Source: Oscillospiraceae bacterium (GTDB lineage: Bacteria > Bacillota > Clostridia > Oscillospirales > Oscillospiraceae). Taken from it: a stretch of DNA of 64,000 nt. The position numbers and the translations under genes were made by a program. The notes under the pieces are model-generated. The model searched no databases. It saw only the letters and a program-made list of their open reading frames with translations, and had not been told where the DNA came from. Each line of letters begins with the position of its first letter. Within the stretch, counting starts at the first letter, position 1. Where the stretch lies: contig JAFTXW010000022.1 in the NCBI GenBank assembly GCA_017461445.1, forward strand, positions 3,890-67,889, in the 5' to 3' direction. This document shows, one piece after another, positions 9,840-19,039 of this stretch.

Positions 9840-10668
9840 TTTGACGCAGCCTCCTTTCTAAGATGCCAACCAGCCAGCTGAATATGATGACCAGCACCAG
9901 GTAAACGCAGGCAATACCGATCAGGGGGAACATCTGCTCGTAGGTCCGGCCGTAGATAGCCTGGGCGGCGTAGACCAGCTCCTTGCCGCCGATGACGGTG
10001 ATCAGGGAGGTATCCTTCAGCAGAATGATAAATTCATTGCCCAGGGAGGGAAGAATGGCCTTGAAGGCCTGGGGAATGACAATGAAGCGCATGGTATCAA
10101 TGTAGTTCAGGCCCAGGCTCCGCCCTGCCTCCATCTGGCCGGGGTCCAGGGACATGAGGCCTCCCCGGATGATTTCTGCCACATACGCGCCGGAGTTGAT
10201 GCCCAGAGTCAGGGCACCGATCATGGTGTACTCCCGGCTGAAGGAGAAAATGACGAAGCCCATGATTAGCAGCTGCACCATCATGGGGGTGCCCCGAATG
10301 ACGGTGACATAGACCTTGCAGATCAGGTTCAGCAGTCCCAGCAGGGGATTGCGGAAGAGGATCTTCTTGTCTTTGGGGATGGTACCCTTCATTTTGCCCA
10401 GCATGACCTTCAGCCGCTGGGTGTTGCTCAGCAGGTTGGCACGCTGCTGGTCGTGGGCGGTGCGGATCATGGCCACCACGATGCCCAGCACGATGCCGAT
10501 GCCCAGTGCCATGGCGGTGACCAGCAGGGTGGTGCCCACACCGTTCAGATACTGCTTCCACCGGTCGCCCTCAATAAAGGCCTGATAGAATTTTACGTAG
10601 AATTCCTGCCAGAAGGTAACGTCCGCACCTTCCCGGATCAGGGTTTTCCAAAGCTCATATTGCTCCAC
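9826..10668 (-). CDS. Polar amino-acid ABC transporter permease
   Basis: EAA-like loop '[12 protein letters not shown]...IVIPQA'. I moved the start to GTG 10668, preceded by AAGGAGTGA. The extended ORF-track N-terminus is AT-rich intergenic sequence. Confidence 0.8.
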   Translation of the reverse strand: MEQYELWKTLIREGADVTFWQEFYVKFYQAFIEGDRWKQYLNGVGTTLLVTAMALGIGIVLGIVVAMIRTAHDQQRANLLSNTQRLKVMLGKMKGTIPKDKKILFRNPLLGLLNLICKVYVTVIRGTPMMVQLLIMGFVIFSFSREYTMIGALTLGINSGAYVAEIIRGGLMSLDPGQMEAGRSLGLNYIDTMRFIVIPQAFKAILPSLGNEFIILLKDTSLITVIGGKELVYAAQAIYGRTYEQMFPLIGIACVYLVLVIIFSWLVGILERRLRQSDRR

Positions 10669-10829
10669 AGACTCACTCCTTATGTATTTTATTAGATAAG
10701 AGATAATAATGAATATTGAATAATGAATAGTTGTGGTATCGCTCCGCGATGATTTTAAATGGTGCCCGAAGGGCACTCCTTAATTATTCATTCTTCACTA
10801 TTCACTATTCATTATTCACTAAATTCACT

Positions 10830-10881
10830 AAAAACGAGCCCAAGGGGCGGCTGTGTGCCGCCCCTGTTGGGTTCGTTTTTA
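10830..10881 (-). terminator. Long intra-operon hairpin after the binding-protein gene (partial terminator / attenuator)
   Basis: aacgagcccaaggggcgg...ccgcccctgttgggttcgtt stem flanked by A5 and T5, between the SBP and permease genes. Confidence 0.6.
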
Positions 10882-11658
10882 TTCCGCAGAGATGTACTTG
10901 TCGATGATGGACTGAACGGTGCCATCAGCGGTCAGCTCAGCCAGGGCGTTGTTGACAGCCTCCAGCAGGGCGGTGTTCTCCTTGTTCAGGCCAATGGCGT
11001 ACTCCTCCTCAACCCAGGTGCCCTCCAGGATGGTCAGGCCGGGGTTGGCGGCGACATACTCCTGAGCGGGTGCGCTGTCGATGATGACGCAGTCCACCTG
11101 GCCGTTCATCAGAGCCTGAACGGCACTGGCACCGTTGTCATAGGCAATGACGTGATCCTCGCCGTAGCCGCCGTCCTCGGGGGTGGAGGATGCGTAAATG
11201 TAGCCGGTGGTGGCGGCCTGGGTGCCGATCATCTGATCGCCCAGGTTGTCCATGGTCACATCGGAGCCTTCCTTGACAATGACCACCTGCACGCCGGTGG
11301 CGTAGCTGTCAGAGAAATTCATGACCAGCTCACGGTCGGGGGTGACGGAAACGCCTGCCATGACCATATCGGACTTACCTTCCTGGACAGCCAGCAGAGC
11401 GGCGTTGAAGTCCATGTCGTCAACGACCAGCTCCAGGCCCAGCTTCTCAGCGATGGCACCGGCGATCTCCACGTCGATACCCTCGAAGCTGCCGTCATCG
11501 GCGACCATCTCGTAGGGAGGGAATGCGGCGTTGGTGGACATGATCAGCTTGCCTGCTTCGACGGTATTCAGGTCATTGGCGGCGTCGTTGGAACCGCAGC
11601 CCGCGAACAGGCAGGCAACCATGAGAACAGACAGCATCAGAGCGAACATCTTTTTCAT
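10879..11658 (-). CDS. Amino-acid ABC transporter substrate-binding lipoprotein
   Basis: Lipobox 'LFAGCGS' and a family-3 SBP fold ('GIDVEIAGAIAEKLG', 'MVMAGVSVTPDR'). Confidence 0.85.
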   Translation of the reverse strand: MKKMFALMLSVLMVACLFAGCGSNDAANDLNTVEAGKLIMSTNAAFPPYEMVADDGSFEGIDVEIAGAIAEKLGLELVVDDMDFNAALLAVQEGKSDMVMAGVSVTPDRELVMNFSDSYATGVQVVIVKEGSDVTMDNLGDQMIGTQAATTGYIYASSTPEDGGYGEDHVIAYDNGASAVQALMNGQVDCVIIDSAPAQEYVAANPGLTILEGTWVEEEYAIGLNKENTALLEAVNNALAELTADGTVQSIIDKYISAE

Positions 11659-11939
11659 AATTCATCTTCTCCTTTTCAGATACCCCAGGTCATGGGGTGG
11701 ATTGATGTAGTGAATTATACTGCGAATAATATACAACGTCAATTGGGGGAATATCCAATCATATGGGAATAAAATGATTTTTCATGGGCTAATTCGCACA
11801 AAAACATACAAAACAGCAGAATATATTCAACTATACACTAAAAATATTCATAAGATAATTTGAATAAATATGCAGATAAACGGCGAATTGATGAATATAG
11901 ATACGAACCACCCCGCTTTAGGTAAATTAGGAACAAAAC

Positions 11940-11969
11940 TTGACGAAAATCCCGCACATGTAGTATAAT
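11940..11969 (+). promoter_or_regulatory. Sigma-A-type promoter for the acyltransferase gene
   Basis: TTGACG (11940-45), 18-nt spacer, TATAAT (11964-69). Confidence 0.55.
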
Positions 11970-12020
11970 GCTTCCGTATGGAAAGAAGACAAAAACAGAT
12001 AAGGAAGGACGTGTACCCAT

Positions 12021-13310
12021 ATGAAGACCACTGTCAGGACAATGGACTTTGACAAGGTTATGGCACTGCCTCGATATGCCCATAAACACCCCCGCAAGCC
12101 GGGTATCTTTTGGCGCAGCCTGATCCGGCTGCTGACCATATTCGGTATGGCGGGAACGAAATTCACCTATGAATCCGAACGGATGGAGGAGCTTCCGAAG
12201 GACGAGCCCTGTCTGATCCTGATGAACCACTCCTGTTTTCTGGATATGCAGATCGCCTACCGCATTCTGTATCCCCGGGCCTTCAATATCATCTGCACCA
12301 GCGATGCCTTCGTGGGCTTCTGGGGGCTGATGGGCTGGCTGATGCGGACCATCGGCTGCGTGCCCACCCAGAAGTTCGTCACCGACCTGGGACTGATCCA
12401 GGATATGAACTACTGCCTGAAGGAGCTGAAGACCAGTATCCTCATGTATCCCGAGGCCAGCTACTCCTTTGACGGCACCGCTACGGCCCTGCCCCGGAAG
12501 ATGGGCGTGCTGCTGAAAAAGTTTGATGTACCTGTGGTGATGATCGAGACCTTCGGTGCCTTCTCCCGTAATCCCTTATATAATGAGTTACAGGTACGCA
12601 AAAGCGTGCCCGTTTCCGCCAAGGTGCGGCTGTTGTATACCCGGGAGGAGATCAAGGAGAAGTCCGTCAAGGAGCTTTCCGATGGCCTGGACGCTGCTTT
12701 CGGCTTCGACCACTTTAAGTGGCAGAAGGAGCAGGGGCTGGAGATCACCGATGATTTCCGGGCGGATGGTCTGAACCGTATCCTTTATAAATGTGCCCAC
12801 TGCGGCGCGGAGGGGGAGACGGTGGGCAAGGGTACCACTCTTACCTGCAAGCACTGCGGCAAAACCTGGGAGCTGACCCCCTTGGGAGAGCTGAAAGCCA
12901 GTTCAGGGGAGACGGAATTCCCCCATATACCCGACTGGTACGCCTGGGAGCGGGATCGGGTTCGGCAGGAGATCCTGGACGGTACTTATCAGCTGGATAT
13001 CGATGTGGATATCGCCATGCTGGTGGATTTCAAGGCCATTTATAAGGTAGGGGAGGGCCACCTGACCCATGACCGGAAAGGTTTCATCCTCACTGGCTGC
13101 GATGGGCGGCTGAATTACACCCAAAAGCCCCAGGCTTGCTACGGTCTGTACGCCGACTACTATTGGTACGAGATTGCGGACACCATCTGCATCGGCGACA
13201 ACGGGCATCTATATTACTGCTTCCCCAAGGGTAACGCCATGGTGGCCAAGACCCGCCTTGCGGTGGAGGAGATGTATAAGCTGTATAAGGCGCGGAAGCT
13301 GCAAACCTGA
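12021..13310 (+). CDS. PlsC-family lysophospholipid acyltransferase with a C-terminal Zn-ribbon extension (429 aa)
   Basis: HX4D motif 'NHSCFLD', 'YPEAS' block, and 'CAHCG...CKHCG' four-Cys ribbon. Confidence 0.7.
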   Translation: MKTTVRTMDFDKVMALPRYAHKHPRKPGIFWRSLIRLLTIFGMAGTKFTYESERMEELPKDEPCLILMNHSCFLDMQIAYRILYPRAFNIICTSDAFVGFWGLMGWLMRTIGCVPTQKFVTDLGLIQDMNYCLKELKTSILMYPEASYSFDGTATALPRKMGVLLKKFDVPVVMIETFGAFSRNPLYNELQVRKSVPVSAKVRLLYTREEIKEKSVKELSDGLDAAFGFDHFKWQKEQGLEITDDFRADGLNRILYKCAHCGAEGETVGKGTTLTCKHCGKTWELTPLGELKASSGETEFPHIPDWYAWERDRVRQEILDGTYQLDIDVDIAMLVDFKAIYKVGEGHLTHDRKGFILTGCDGRLNYTQKPQACYGLYADYYWYEIADTICIGDNGHLYYCFPKGNAMVAKTRLAVEEMYKLYKARKLQT

Positions 13311-13340
13311 TGCACCTGCGGGAACATATGCTGTTACACA

Positions 13341-13368
13341 GTAGGGGAGGGGCTTGTCCCTCCCCTAC
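13341..13368. repeat. REP-like hairpin, subtype B (gtaggggagggGc-tt-gTccctcccctac)
   Basis: Palindromic and intergenic. The same word occurs at 32234 and 32413. Confidence 0.8.
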
Positions 13369-13790
13369 AACACATTCCAGGCAAATGAAAAATTCACTCA
13401 AAGCGTTCTGCTTTGCATGGAAAGACAGGCAAGTTGAGGCGGGAAATCCTGCCATTTTCTTACAGGGGATGGGGAAATCCGTCCCCTGTAAACATTTTTT
13501 ATAATTATTTTTTGAACATTCGTCTTTCTGCACAAATTATTAAGAAATCTTTAAGCGGTTATAGGAAAGATGACGAAATGTACAAAAACATTTGACATCC
13601 TAGGACGGACAGGGTAAAATATATGCAAATTTATTCGTGAATCTTCCGCCTTCTCCTTTTTTAACAAAATGGAGGGGTAAAAAGTGAGATTTTCGGGCCC
13701 GGAAGCACCGTTAAGGGGCGGTGTGAAGGGCACGGCGGTCTCCCAGTGAGTCGTATCCATGAGTAAATAAATTTTATAGGAGGCAAGAAA

Positions 13791-16232
13791 ATGAAGAAGT
13801 TTCTGGCTCTGCTGCTGGCTCTGACCATGGTTCTGTCCCTGGCTGCCTGCGGCAACAACAACACTGAAACTACCCCCGCAACCGACGGTGCTACTGAAGC
13901 TCCCGAGGTTACCGGCACTGTGTACAACTACACTTACCGGTCCAGCACCACCGCTCTGGGCTCCAACTGGAACCCCCACGCATGGGACACTTCCGCTGAC
14001 GACTCCATGCTCGCCTACGTGTCCTCTCCCTTTGCAACCATGTCCATCGAGGACTCCGTCAACGGCGTCTATCAGTGGGTCTACGTTGCAGCTACCGCCA
14101 TCACCGACGTCACCGCTGATCATCAGGATGACCTGACCAAGTACGACGTCACCCTGCCCGAGGGCCAGACCGCTGAGGAGACTGAGCATGGCTTCGTCTT
14201 CGAGATTGCTCTGAACCCCGACATGAAGTGGGAAGATGGCACCCCCATCAACGCTGATTCCTACATCTACTCCATGCAGCAGCTGCTGAACCCCGAGATG
14301 AAGAACTACCGTGCTAACCTGTACTACGCAGGTGAGTCCGCAGTTGCAGGCGGCGCAAAGTACTACTACTCTCTGGACGAGGGTATGTACGTTGCCTACA
14401 CCGATGTCTACGCTTCCCTGGCTGACGCTGCTGCAGCTGGCGAAGTGTACATCAACTGCTGGGATTTCTGGGGTGCTGAAGGCTACATCGACGCTGAGGG
14501 CAACGCATGTCCCCAGTACGTTTCCATCACCGACGAGACTGCTTACTCCGCTGACGGTGCTGGCGACGACGAGTTCTCCGGTGCTTCCCTGTACGCAGGC
14601 TACGGCCCCTACCTGGAAGTTGGCGGCGGCTACGAGTCTTACGCAGTTGTTTACCAGGCCAACGAAGACATGGGTGCTACCTATGATGTGGTTGGCTGCT
14701 ACAAGGTCGACGACTACACCATCCGTTACGTCAACCAGACCCAGATCGACTACAACTACTTCATGACCTCCATGACCTCCAACTGGCTGGTCTACGAGGA
14801 TCTGTACGAGGCTGGTAAGGATACCACCGGTACCCTGGTCACCACCGACTACAACACCTCCCTGGAGACCACCATGTCCTACGGCCCCTACCGTATGGAG
14901 TCCCTGCAGGACGGCAAGCAGGTTGTCTACGTCAAGAACGAGAACTACTACCTGTACACCAAGAACGCTGACGGCACTCTGACCGCTGTTACCGACTACC
15001 TGGTTGATGGCGAGAACGTCACCGCTTACCAGACTGACCGTATCGTCATCGACGTTATGGACCCCGATGCCGCAAAGCAGGCCTTCCTGAAGGGCGAGCT
15101 GTCCGGCTGGTCACCCACCGCTGACGATCTGCCCACCTACGCTGTTTCCGAGCAGCTGTACAAGGCTCCCGAGACCTACACCATGTCCTTCTTCTTCAAC
15201 TGCGGTCTGGAGAACCTGAAGACCATGGATGCCTCTAAGGGCAACACCAACTCCGTTGTTCTGTCCAACATCAACTTCCGTAAGGCTTTCTCCCTGGCTA
15301 TTGACCGTGACGAGTTCGTCGGTGCTACCGCCGGCTACCTGCCCGCTTACTCCATGCTGAACAGCCTGTACTACTACGACGTTTACAACGATCCCACCTC
15401 CTCCTACCGTAACTCCGACCCCGCTAAGCAGGCTATCGTCAACTACTACGGTGTTGAGTACGGCGAGGGCACTCCCTACGCTGACCTGGATGCTGCTTAC
15501 GCTTCCATCAACGGCTACAACCTGACCGTTGCTCAGGAGCTGATGAAGACCGCTTGCGATCAGCTGGTCGCTGACGGCCTGTACACCGCTGGTGATCCCA
15601 TCCACATCCGTATCGGTTGGGCTAAGGGTGCTCTGACCTCCTCCGACAACCAGCAGCTGGCTCTGATGAACAAGTACATCAACGCCGCCGCTGAGGGTTC
15701 CGGCTTCGGCACCATCGAGCTGGAGGCTGTCGGTAACCTGACCAGCCGTTACGACGACGTTGCCAATGGCGAGTTCGCTATCGGCTACGGCGCATGGGGC
15801 GGTGCTGCCTTCTATCCCTTCCGTAACTTCCAGGTCTACTGCGATCCCGATCAGTACTCCATCAATGAGGCTGGCTGCTGGGATCCCAAGACCGAGACCC
15901 TGACCCTGACTGTCAACGGTGAGGAAATCACCAAGACTTGGCAGGAGTGGTCCGGCTGCATGGTCGGCTCCGGCGATCTGGCTAACGAGTCCTTCGAGAC
16001 CAAGCTGCAGATCCTGGCCAACATGGAAGAGGCTTATCTGAACTTCGTCTACCGTATTCCTCTGTGCTCCACCACCTCTGCTGAGCTGGTGTCCTATCAG
16101 TGTGAGTACTACACCGACGAGTACAACATCATGTACGGTTTCGGTGGCCTGGAGCTGATGACCTACAACTACACCGATGCTGAGTGGACTGCTTACGTTG
16201 CTGAGCAGGGCGGCACTCTGAGCTACGAATAA
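13791..16232 (+). CDS. Oversized family-5 (Opp/Dpp-type) ABC substrate-binding lipoprotein (813 aa)
   Basis: Lipobox 'LSLAACGNN' and SBP_bac_5-like blocks ('WEDGTPINADSYIYSMQ'). Codon usage is extremely C-ending, suggesting high expression. Confidence 0.8.
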   Translation: MKKFLALLLALTMVLSLAACGNNNTETTPATDGATEAPEVTGTVYNYTYRSSTTALGSNWNPHAWDTSADDSMLAYVSSPFATMSIEDSVNGVYQWVYVAATAITDVTADHQDDLTKYDVTLPEGQTAEETEHGFVFEIALNPDMKWEDGTPINADSYIYSMQQLLNPEMKNYRANLYYAGESAVAGGAKYYYSLDEGMYVAYTDVYASLADAAAAGEVYINCWDFWGAEGYIDAEGNACPQYVSITDETAYSADGAGDDEFSGASLYAGYGPYLEVGGGYESYAVVYQANEDMGATYDVVGCYKVDDYTIRYVNQTQIDYNYFMTSMTSNWLVYEDLYEAGKDTTGTLVTTDYNTSLETTMSYGPYRMESLQDGKQVVYVKNENYYLYTKNADGTLTAVTDYLVDGENVTAYQTDRIVIDVMDPDAAKQAFLKGELSGWSPTADDLPTYAVSEQLYKAPETYTMSFFFNCGLENLKTMDASKGNTNSVVLSNINFRKAFSLAIDRDEFVGATAGYLPAYSMLNSLYYYDVYNDPTSSYRNSDPAKQAIVNYYGVEYGEGTPYADLDAAYASINGYNLTVAQELMKTACDQLVADGLYTAGDPIHIRIGWAKGALTSSDNQQLALMNKYINAAAEGSGFGTIELEAVGNLTSRYDDVANGEFAIGYGAWGGAAFYPFRNFQVYCDPDQYSINEAGCWDPKTETLTLTVNGEEITKTWQEWSGCMVGSGDLANESFETKLQILANMEEAYLNFVYRIPLCSTTSAELVSYQCEYYTDEYNIMYGFGGLELMTYNYTDAEWTAYVAEQGGTLSYE

Positions 16233-16270
16233 TCTGTAGATCAAAGTTCAACTGTTTCCCCTAGACGATC

Positions 16271-16298
16271 GCCAGGGGGGGCTTAGGCCCCTCCTGGC
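16271..16298 (+). terminator. Hairpin after the binding-protein gene (attenuating terminator)
   Basis: gccaggggggc-ttag-gcccctcctggc followed by tttggt. Confidence 0.5.
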
Positions 16299-16491
16299 TT
16301 TGGTCAAATTTTGGGCATCTACGCTAAAAACACAGTGCTGTTACAAATGTACGCGTGCTGTGTACATGAGAATAGCACTTCGATTTGCTACTGTTTTTCG
16401 CTATGGGCTTAGGCCGGTTGCGGATAAATCCGTAGCGAAGAACAGCAGCTTTTTTCTCTGATCCAGAAATATCCCGAAGGAGAGAACGCAT

Positions 16492-17454
16492 ATGAAAATG
16501 ACAAAATACGTGATCAAGCGTATCGTTCTGATGTTCTTTACGCTTTTCGTCATCACAACGATCTGCTTTGTGCTGATCCGTATCCTGCCCCGTGAGCTGC
16601 CTACCGATAGAGTCCAGGCCGAGCTCATTGCCGCCCGCTGGGATGCTCTTGGCTATAACGAGCCATTGATCGTGCAGTTTGGTATCTATCTGCGCAACAT
16701 CTTTACCAAGTGGGACTGGGGTACCTCCTGGTACATTGATTTCCGTGAGCCCGCATGGGATCTGCTGACCGGCCGTCTGCTGCCCACCGTTATGGTCAAC
16801 TTCTACTCCCTGATCATTTCTATCCCCGTGGGCATCGTTCTGGGCATCTATGCCGCTATCAAGAAGAATAAGTGGCAGGATTCTCTGATTTCCACCGCAG
16901 TTATGGTCTTCGTCTCCGTGCCTGCCTACGTTTACGCCTTCCTGGTGCAGTATTTCCTGTACTTCAAGCTGGGCTGGCTGCCCCTGCAGGTCTATTCCCT
17001 GGCGGATGCCGGCGGCTCCTGGTTCACCTGGAAGATGTTCTATTCCATGATCGCCCCCATCCTGGCTCTGTCCTTCGGCACCATCGCGGGAATGACCCGT
17101 TTCACCCGTGCCGAGCTGACGGAGACCCTGACCTCCGACTATATGCTGCTGGCCCGCACCAAGGGCCTGACTCGGGCCCAGGCTACTTCCCGCCATGCCC
17201 TGAAGAATGCCATGGTGCCCATCCTGCCCATGATCATTTCCAGCTTCATCGGCATCCTGGGCGGTTCCTTCATCATCGAGCAGATCTTCGCCATCCCCGG
17301 CGTTGGTCAGCTGTATCTGCAGTCTATCCAGCTGTTCGACTATGACGTGTTCATGATGGACTGTGTATTCTATGTCTTCATCGGTCTGCTGGCCGGTATC
17401 GTGGTCGATCTGAGCTACGGCTTCATCGATCCCCGTATCAGAATGGGAGAGTGA
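16492..17454 (+). CDS. Opp/Dpp-type ABC permease (OppB-like)
   Basis: 'YVIKRI' N-terminus and EAA loop 'DYMLLARTKGL'. Confidence 0.85.
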   Translation: MKMTKYVIKRIVLMFFTLFVITTICFVLIRILPRELPTDRVQAELIAARWDALGYNEPLIVQFGIYLRNIFTKWDWGTSWYIDFREPAWDLLTGRLLPTVMVNFYSLIISIPVGIVLGIYAAIKKNKWQDSLISTAVMVFVSVPAYVYAFLVQYFLYFKLGWLPLQVYSLADAGGSWFTWKMFYSMIAPILALSFGTIAGMTRFTRAELTETLTSDYMLLARTKGLTRAQATSRHALKNAMVPILPMIISSFIGILGGSFIIEQIFAIPGVGQLYLQSIQLFDYDVFMMDCVFYVFIGLLAGIVVDLSYGFIDPRIRMGE

Positions 17455-17458
17455 TTTT

Positions 17459-19036
17459 ATGGCAGAGAACAATAAGAACTATAATCATATCCCCAAGGAA
17501 AAGTTTGCCTTTGTCAACGCTGGTGAGCGTTTGACTGACCAGAAGTTCGAGGATAAGCCCATTGGCTACTTCAAGGATGCCTGGATCCGCTTCCGCAAGA
17601 GTAAGGCTTCCGTTGTGGCTACCGTGATCATTGTGCTGATCATTATGTACGCCTTCCTGTTCCCTCTGTGCGTTACCACTCACGACCATACCTTCATGGT
17701 GAACCTGTATGCCAAGAAGCCTGCCCGTATTGCCGCTCTGGCTGAGTACGGCATCTTTGACGGCGGCGTGGAGCGTGACTTCTCCGAAAAGGGCCTCATC
17801 AAGAACGTGGCCATCGGCATCGGTGCCGAGGACTGGGCCGGTGAGGGCATCAGCCTGGAGCAGGGCATGGAAAGTGAATACCAGCCCATGAACAAAATCG
17901 GCGATGCCAAGACCATCATTGGCCCCGGCAAGAAGGAATCTAAGAACTACACCTGTGAGATTGACACCTATCTGGAGGTTGGCTTCTTCTACCGTTCCAT
18001 TCCCCAGTCCGAGCTGGCTAAGATCCAGGCCTGGGAAGAGGAGACCGGCAAGAAGGTCCTGTACCCCCTGATCGAGGACAACAAGTGGAACATGGATGCC
18101 CAGGATGCCAACTATTGGTACAAGTCCAGCAAGGGTACCCCTGTTGTGCTGGATTCCGACGGCATGGCCACCACCGTTGAATTCGGTGAAGGCATGGTGC
18201 TGGAGGATAACTACAAGCGGGATGCCAACGGCGACCCCATCTACTATGAGTACACCGGCGGCGGCACGCTGGAGACTGCTCAGCTGAAGGTTCGCGTTCT
18301 GTACTACAACTACTATCAGTACCTGTACGGTTTCACCCCTGACTATATCATGGGCACCGACACCCAGGGCTATGACCTGGCACTGCGTATCGCAGGCGGT
18401 ATCAAGCTGTCCCTGATGGTGGCCGTGTTCGTGTGTGTCATCAACTTTGTTCTGGGTGCCATGTACGGCGCGGTGGAAGGCTACTACGGCGGTACCGTGG
18501 ATATCGTTCTGGAGCGTATTTCCGATATCCTGGCCAATGTGCCCTTCATCGTGGTCGCAACATTGTTCCAGATCCACCTGTCGGCAAAGCTGGGCCCCAT
18601 TCCCTGTTTGCTCTTTGCCTACGTTGTTACCGGCTGGATCGGCACTGCATCCCGTGTCCGTACCCAGTTCTACCGCTTCAAGACCCAGGAATACGTTATG
18701 GCAGCCCGCACCCTGGGTGCCCGCGACCGCCGTATTATCTGGAAGCATATTTTCCCCAACTCTCTGGGTACCATCATCACCTCTGCGGCACTGGCTATCC
18801 CCAGCACCATGCTGTCTGAGTCCAACCTGTCCTTCCTGGGCATTGTCAAGCTGGGCACCGCCGAGACCACCTCTCTGGGTACTCTGCTGTCTGACGCCAG
18901 CACCATCTGGACCAACTACCCCCACCTGATGATCTACCCCGCAATCGTCATCTCTCTGCTGATGATCTGCTTCAACCTGTTCGGCAACGGCCTGCGTGAC
19001 GCATTTAACCCCGCACTGCGCGGCGTGGAGGAGTAA
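17459..19036 (+). CDS. Opp/Dpp-type ABC permease (OppC-like) with a roughly 230-aa extracytoplasmic insertion (525 aa)
   Basis: The C-terminal 280 aa is a typical OppC ('MGTDTQGYDL', 'EYVMAARTLGA'). A long soluble segment lies between TM1 and TM2. Confidence 0.8.
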   Translation: MAENNKNYNHIPKEKFAFVNAGERLTDQKFEDKPIGYFKDAWIRFRKSKASVVATVIIVLIIMYAFLFPLCVTTHDHTFMVNLYAKKPARIAALAEYGIFDGGVERDFSEKGLIKNVAIGIGAEDWAGEGISLEQGMESEYQPMNKIGDAKTIIGPGKKESKNYTCEIDTYLEVGFFYRSIPQSELAKIQAWEEETGKKVLYPLIEDNKWNMDAQDANYWYKSSKGTPVVLDSDGMATTVEFGEGMVLEDNYKRDANGDPIYYEYTGGGTLETAQLKVRVLYYNYYQYLYGFTPDYIMGTDTQGYDLALRIAGGIKLSLMVAVFVCVINFVLGAMYGAVEGYYGGTVDIVLERISDILANVPFIVVATLFQIHLSAKLGPIPCLLFAYVVTGWIGTASRVRTQFYRFKTQEYVMAARTLGARDRRIIWKHIFPNSLGTIITSAALAIPSTMLSESNLSFLGIVKLGTAETTSLGTLLSDASTIWTNYPHLMIYPAIVISLLMICFNLFGNGLRDAFNPALRGVEE

Positions 19037-19039
19037 ACT

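Noticed and set aside
10781-10830. Possible CRISPR or tandem repeat (ttcactattcactattcattattcactaaattcacta)
   Set aside because: The units are only about 7 nt and degenerate, with no spacer architecture and no cas genes. It is better explained as one arm of an AT-rich palindrome.
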